From assembly GCF_000002075.1 (NCBI RefSeq), contig NW_004797675.1, forward strand, positions 267,275 to 331,274: DNA of 64,000 bases, in the 5' to 3' direction. The stretch comes from Aplysia californica (Eukaryota). Positions 61,201-64,000 of this stretch are shown here, in pieces; position 1 is the first letter of the stretch, and every line of letters starts with the position of its first letter. Both the position numbers and the translations under genes were made by a program. The notes under the pieces were generated by a model. That model saw nothing but the letters and a program-made list of their open reading frames with translations, was not told where the DNA came from and made no database searches.

Positions 61201-61485
61201 ATCATCCTCATCAGCCTTTCTCGCCCCGTGCAGAGTATAGGCCATCAATAAGAACTCTCCGTTTACTTCTGTCTAGGTTTATACATGTAGCATTCTGTCC
61301 AACTGCATTTTATCTCTTTTATATTTAAATCTACACGTAAGACCTCATCCTGCAAGTATTATACGGCCTTCCTCTTTTTCTCTTTCCTTGTGGCTTCTAT
61401 CTTAAGGCCTGGTGGGTAATGATTGATTCTGATTTTCACAAGGTGTATCAAATCCACTTCCAGTGTCTCTTTCTAATTTTCTATT
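61201..61485 (-). mobile_element. Decayed RTE-like LINE 3' fragment
   Basis: Minus-strand translation IRKRHWKWI*YTL*KSESIITHQALR*KPQGKRKRGRP..; (TGA)n-like tail. Confidence 0.7.
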
Positions 61486-62974
61486 TTCTTTTGATTTGTT
61501 TGCTCTTTTAGTTGTTCTCAAAGGTGTAATCAAATGAATTCTTTTAGGATCTTTCTTTCATCAACTATGTGGGTTTTTGTTTTTGTTTTTTATTGGGGGA
61601 TGGGGGGTAGAAATTAAATCTTCAGAGCTGTTTTTATCAACTTAGGATCTCCTAGCTTGGGAGTGCCGGACCCAGCAAGGCATGCTACATAAGGATGTTC
61701 TTTAGCCCCGGGTGCGATAGGAAAGCTAAGATGGTTGGTGATGGCCATATAAAGTAGGGAGTATCAACTATGTTGGAAGTCATCCTGACTGAAAATTTAT
61801 AGTTTAATTGACTGGTGATCGACACGTTACCACATAAATACTGCAGGGGAAAAACGATTGCAGTCACAAACTGAAAATCGTGAGGGTACCAATTTTGAAC
61901 GCTTGTTGACTAATTACTGTATTTGTGTTCAACTGTTGGTTGATTATTGTTGATAGATTTCCCATTCAACAACAATTAGCAATAAACTACCAGTCAAACA
62001 AATATGAAGTTATGAGTCCACAAGCTTTTAAAATTGGCACGCTCACAATTTCCAGTACGTGACTACAGTCGTTTTTCTCCTGTGCTCTTCACATGTGTCA
62101 AGAGTGTCACATTTTGCATCAACATGAATTCCATCCCTTGTACCCTTCTGGGGCCCCTAATCACTAAATCCAAGATGTTATGCTCAGCTGATCAAGGTGT
62201 CTGCAGAAACTTGACTGATAACTGTTCTTTGTATTTTTTTTTAGATTCTAGATCAAACTTAGGGTACAGCCAAAATTATATTTTTAAAATCTTCTCCATT
62301 GTCTATAACTTGAGTAATTTTGCCTGTCTAGGTCGTCAGAGAGGAGACAGCGTCCTAAACGCAATTCAAAGTGATCTAAATAATTATTGTAATAATTAAA
62401 ACATATCACATTTTTCTATTATTTTATAAAACACTATGATATATTTTTCCGATATATTGCCTCGATACTTTCATGCATAAATTACTTCTACCGAAACTAA
62501 AAGGAACAAATATTAGATATAGTCAATAAACAGCTGACAGTGCCTTTCAAACGGATTTAAATCAGGCTTGAGCAAACGTGTCCAAGTCGAGGGCCAAATT
62601 CATCGATTCCGAATATCTCGTGGGCCGAAGGAGGAGAAAATTGAGTGAAATAAGAAAGTGGCCAAACTCTCAAAAAGGAGACTAAAACTGACACTGCACC
62701 ATGTCAGATAACTTATTAGCTATATTGTTTCGGTTTGGTACGAAAACTGTTCGATTTTAATTTTTTAGACGAACGGTTCTGTCTTTATTCATAATTATCA
62801 ATCCAACTCGCGCTAGACTCACTATCGGTTACTGGGTCGACTCGCGGGCTGGACAGAAGTGCTGGTTCAAATTATTGTTGCCGGAGGGACAAACAGGAGA
62901 CAGTGCTCGAATTGGAGCAAAAAGCCAAAATGTCCCCTTGGATCAAATAATATTCTGTCAGCTACACCAGAGTC

Positions 62975-63180
62975 GGTGATGTATTGGTTAGGCTCCTAGC
63001 CGTTGCATACTAAAGTCATTAGTTCGATTCTTGTGTGGGGCAATTATTTAATTGAATATCTCCGTTTTTCGGTGGTGATGCTGAGTTCCACTCTACCAGA
63101 GTTCGGGGGGGATAGGCAGGATCAAGGCAGCCCATCATCACTTTTAATGCGAGTCGAAAACCTGTGTCGGTCATCAGAGA
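62975..63180 (+). mobile_element. Degenerate tRNA-derived SINE
   Basis: GGTGATGTATTGGTTAG A-box-like, AGTTCGATTC B-box-like. Confidence 0.45.
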
Positions 63181-64000
63181 AATCAAAAGCAAAAGAACAA
63201 GAACACGAAGCCGAGGCGCATTTTATTATTGTTGCGTGCACTCTGTCCCGAACATTAAAATCTATGGGAAAAGTTCAACGTATAATTATAGTCTCATGTT
63301 CTTTTTCTTTGAAGGCATACCCAGATTCGCGATTATACTTCTTCTCCTGGCCAGACTATTCAATCACAAGCTCCATGCCTGTTCTCAAGAGGGTTTTCAT
63401 GGTCGTTCATCAGTGACAGTTGAACAAAATTATAAAGATCGCAAGCAGTGAGAAAATCAAGTAGATAGGCAGACTGGTAAGAAGATAGATGGAAGGAAAG
63501 AAAGGATTAGTTCTAATCATTTAGAATACGGGACTTTAAGCTCAAGCTGCATACACGGCTTTTATCTGAGCTTCAACTTTTAGCTCATTGTCATATTGTC
63601 ATGACACAGTCGGTGCTGTCCTATTGGAGCTAAAGTTGTAAAGCTTTTCCAGCTAACAAAATTTACGGACAACAAGAAGCAGAACCCGTCTATCCTTCTG
63701 GACTCAGGTTTGAGCTAGATCTGGATCTAAGACAAGTTTTAAAGAATACCAATTCTGATAGAGACAAGGGAAAATTCATGTCAAACAAAGAAGTCTTTAA
63801 CTACAAGGTAAGGGTACACTCAATGTCTAGTAAGCATAATATCAACATTGTGGTCCCACTGTGTCTTAATATGGCCAAGTCCAACACGTTATTACTTTTA
63901 TGAGGCCTGAGGAGAAAGAGGTATTAACATCACGTGTACTCACTCTTTAGCAGAACTTGATTGTATTGAGCATATTGCTATCACCAACAGCCCAGCAGCT

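Noticed and set aside
63160-63225. Signal-peptide-like minus-strand stretch (PRLRVLVLLLLISLMTDTG) as A2M exon 1
   Set aside because: The ATG is out of frame (its own frame stops after 12 codons), the donor is weak and of the wrong phase, and it overlaps a SINE-like repeat.

Overview
Eukaryotic, intron-rich, microsatellite- and SINE-rich genomic scaffold with many N gaps. The repeat families and gene style suggest a mollusc, probably a gastropod (inference, not proven). I reconstructed two multi-exon genes on the minus strand by hand from GT/AG boundaries and phase continuity. (1) A complete polypeptide N-acetylgalactosaminyltransferase (GALNT): 11 coding exons, 22121->3291, 1830 nt = 609 aa, with type II TM anchor, DSH motif, WGGEN motif and ricin-type lectin domain. 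(2) A large alpha-2-macroglobulin-like thioester protein (A2M/TEP): 34 in-phase exons, 56114->25655, about 1610 codons, with an intact GCGEQ thioester. Its signal-peptide exon was not found, and a probable terminal exon lies at 16739->16597. The best finding is a pair of tandem, phase-identical, mutually exclusive bait-region exons in the A2M gene (43553-43703 and 42907-43060), each with its own synonymously diverged [12 protein letters not shown] motif. The A2M gene also has Ser at the thioester-catalytic position, a long Pro/Glu insertion and a Cys-rich C-terminal extension. Its apparent last exon sits inside the first coding intron of GALNT (true interleaving or contig mis-ordering). Other items are a Mutator-like foldback element with a 9-bp TSD and a minisatellite built from a duplicated branch-point/polypyrimidine tract. 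Most ORFs in the supplied track are artefacts of microsatellites and N gaps.
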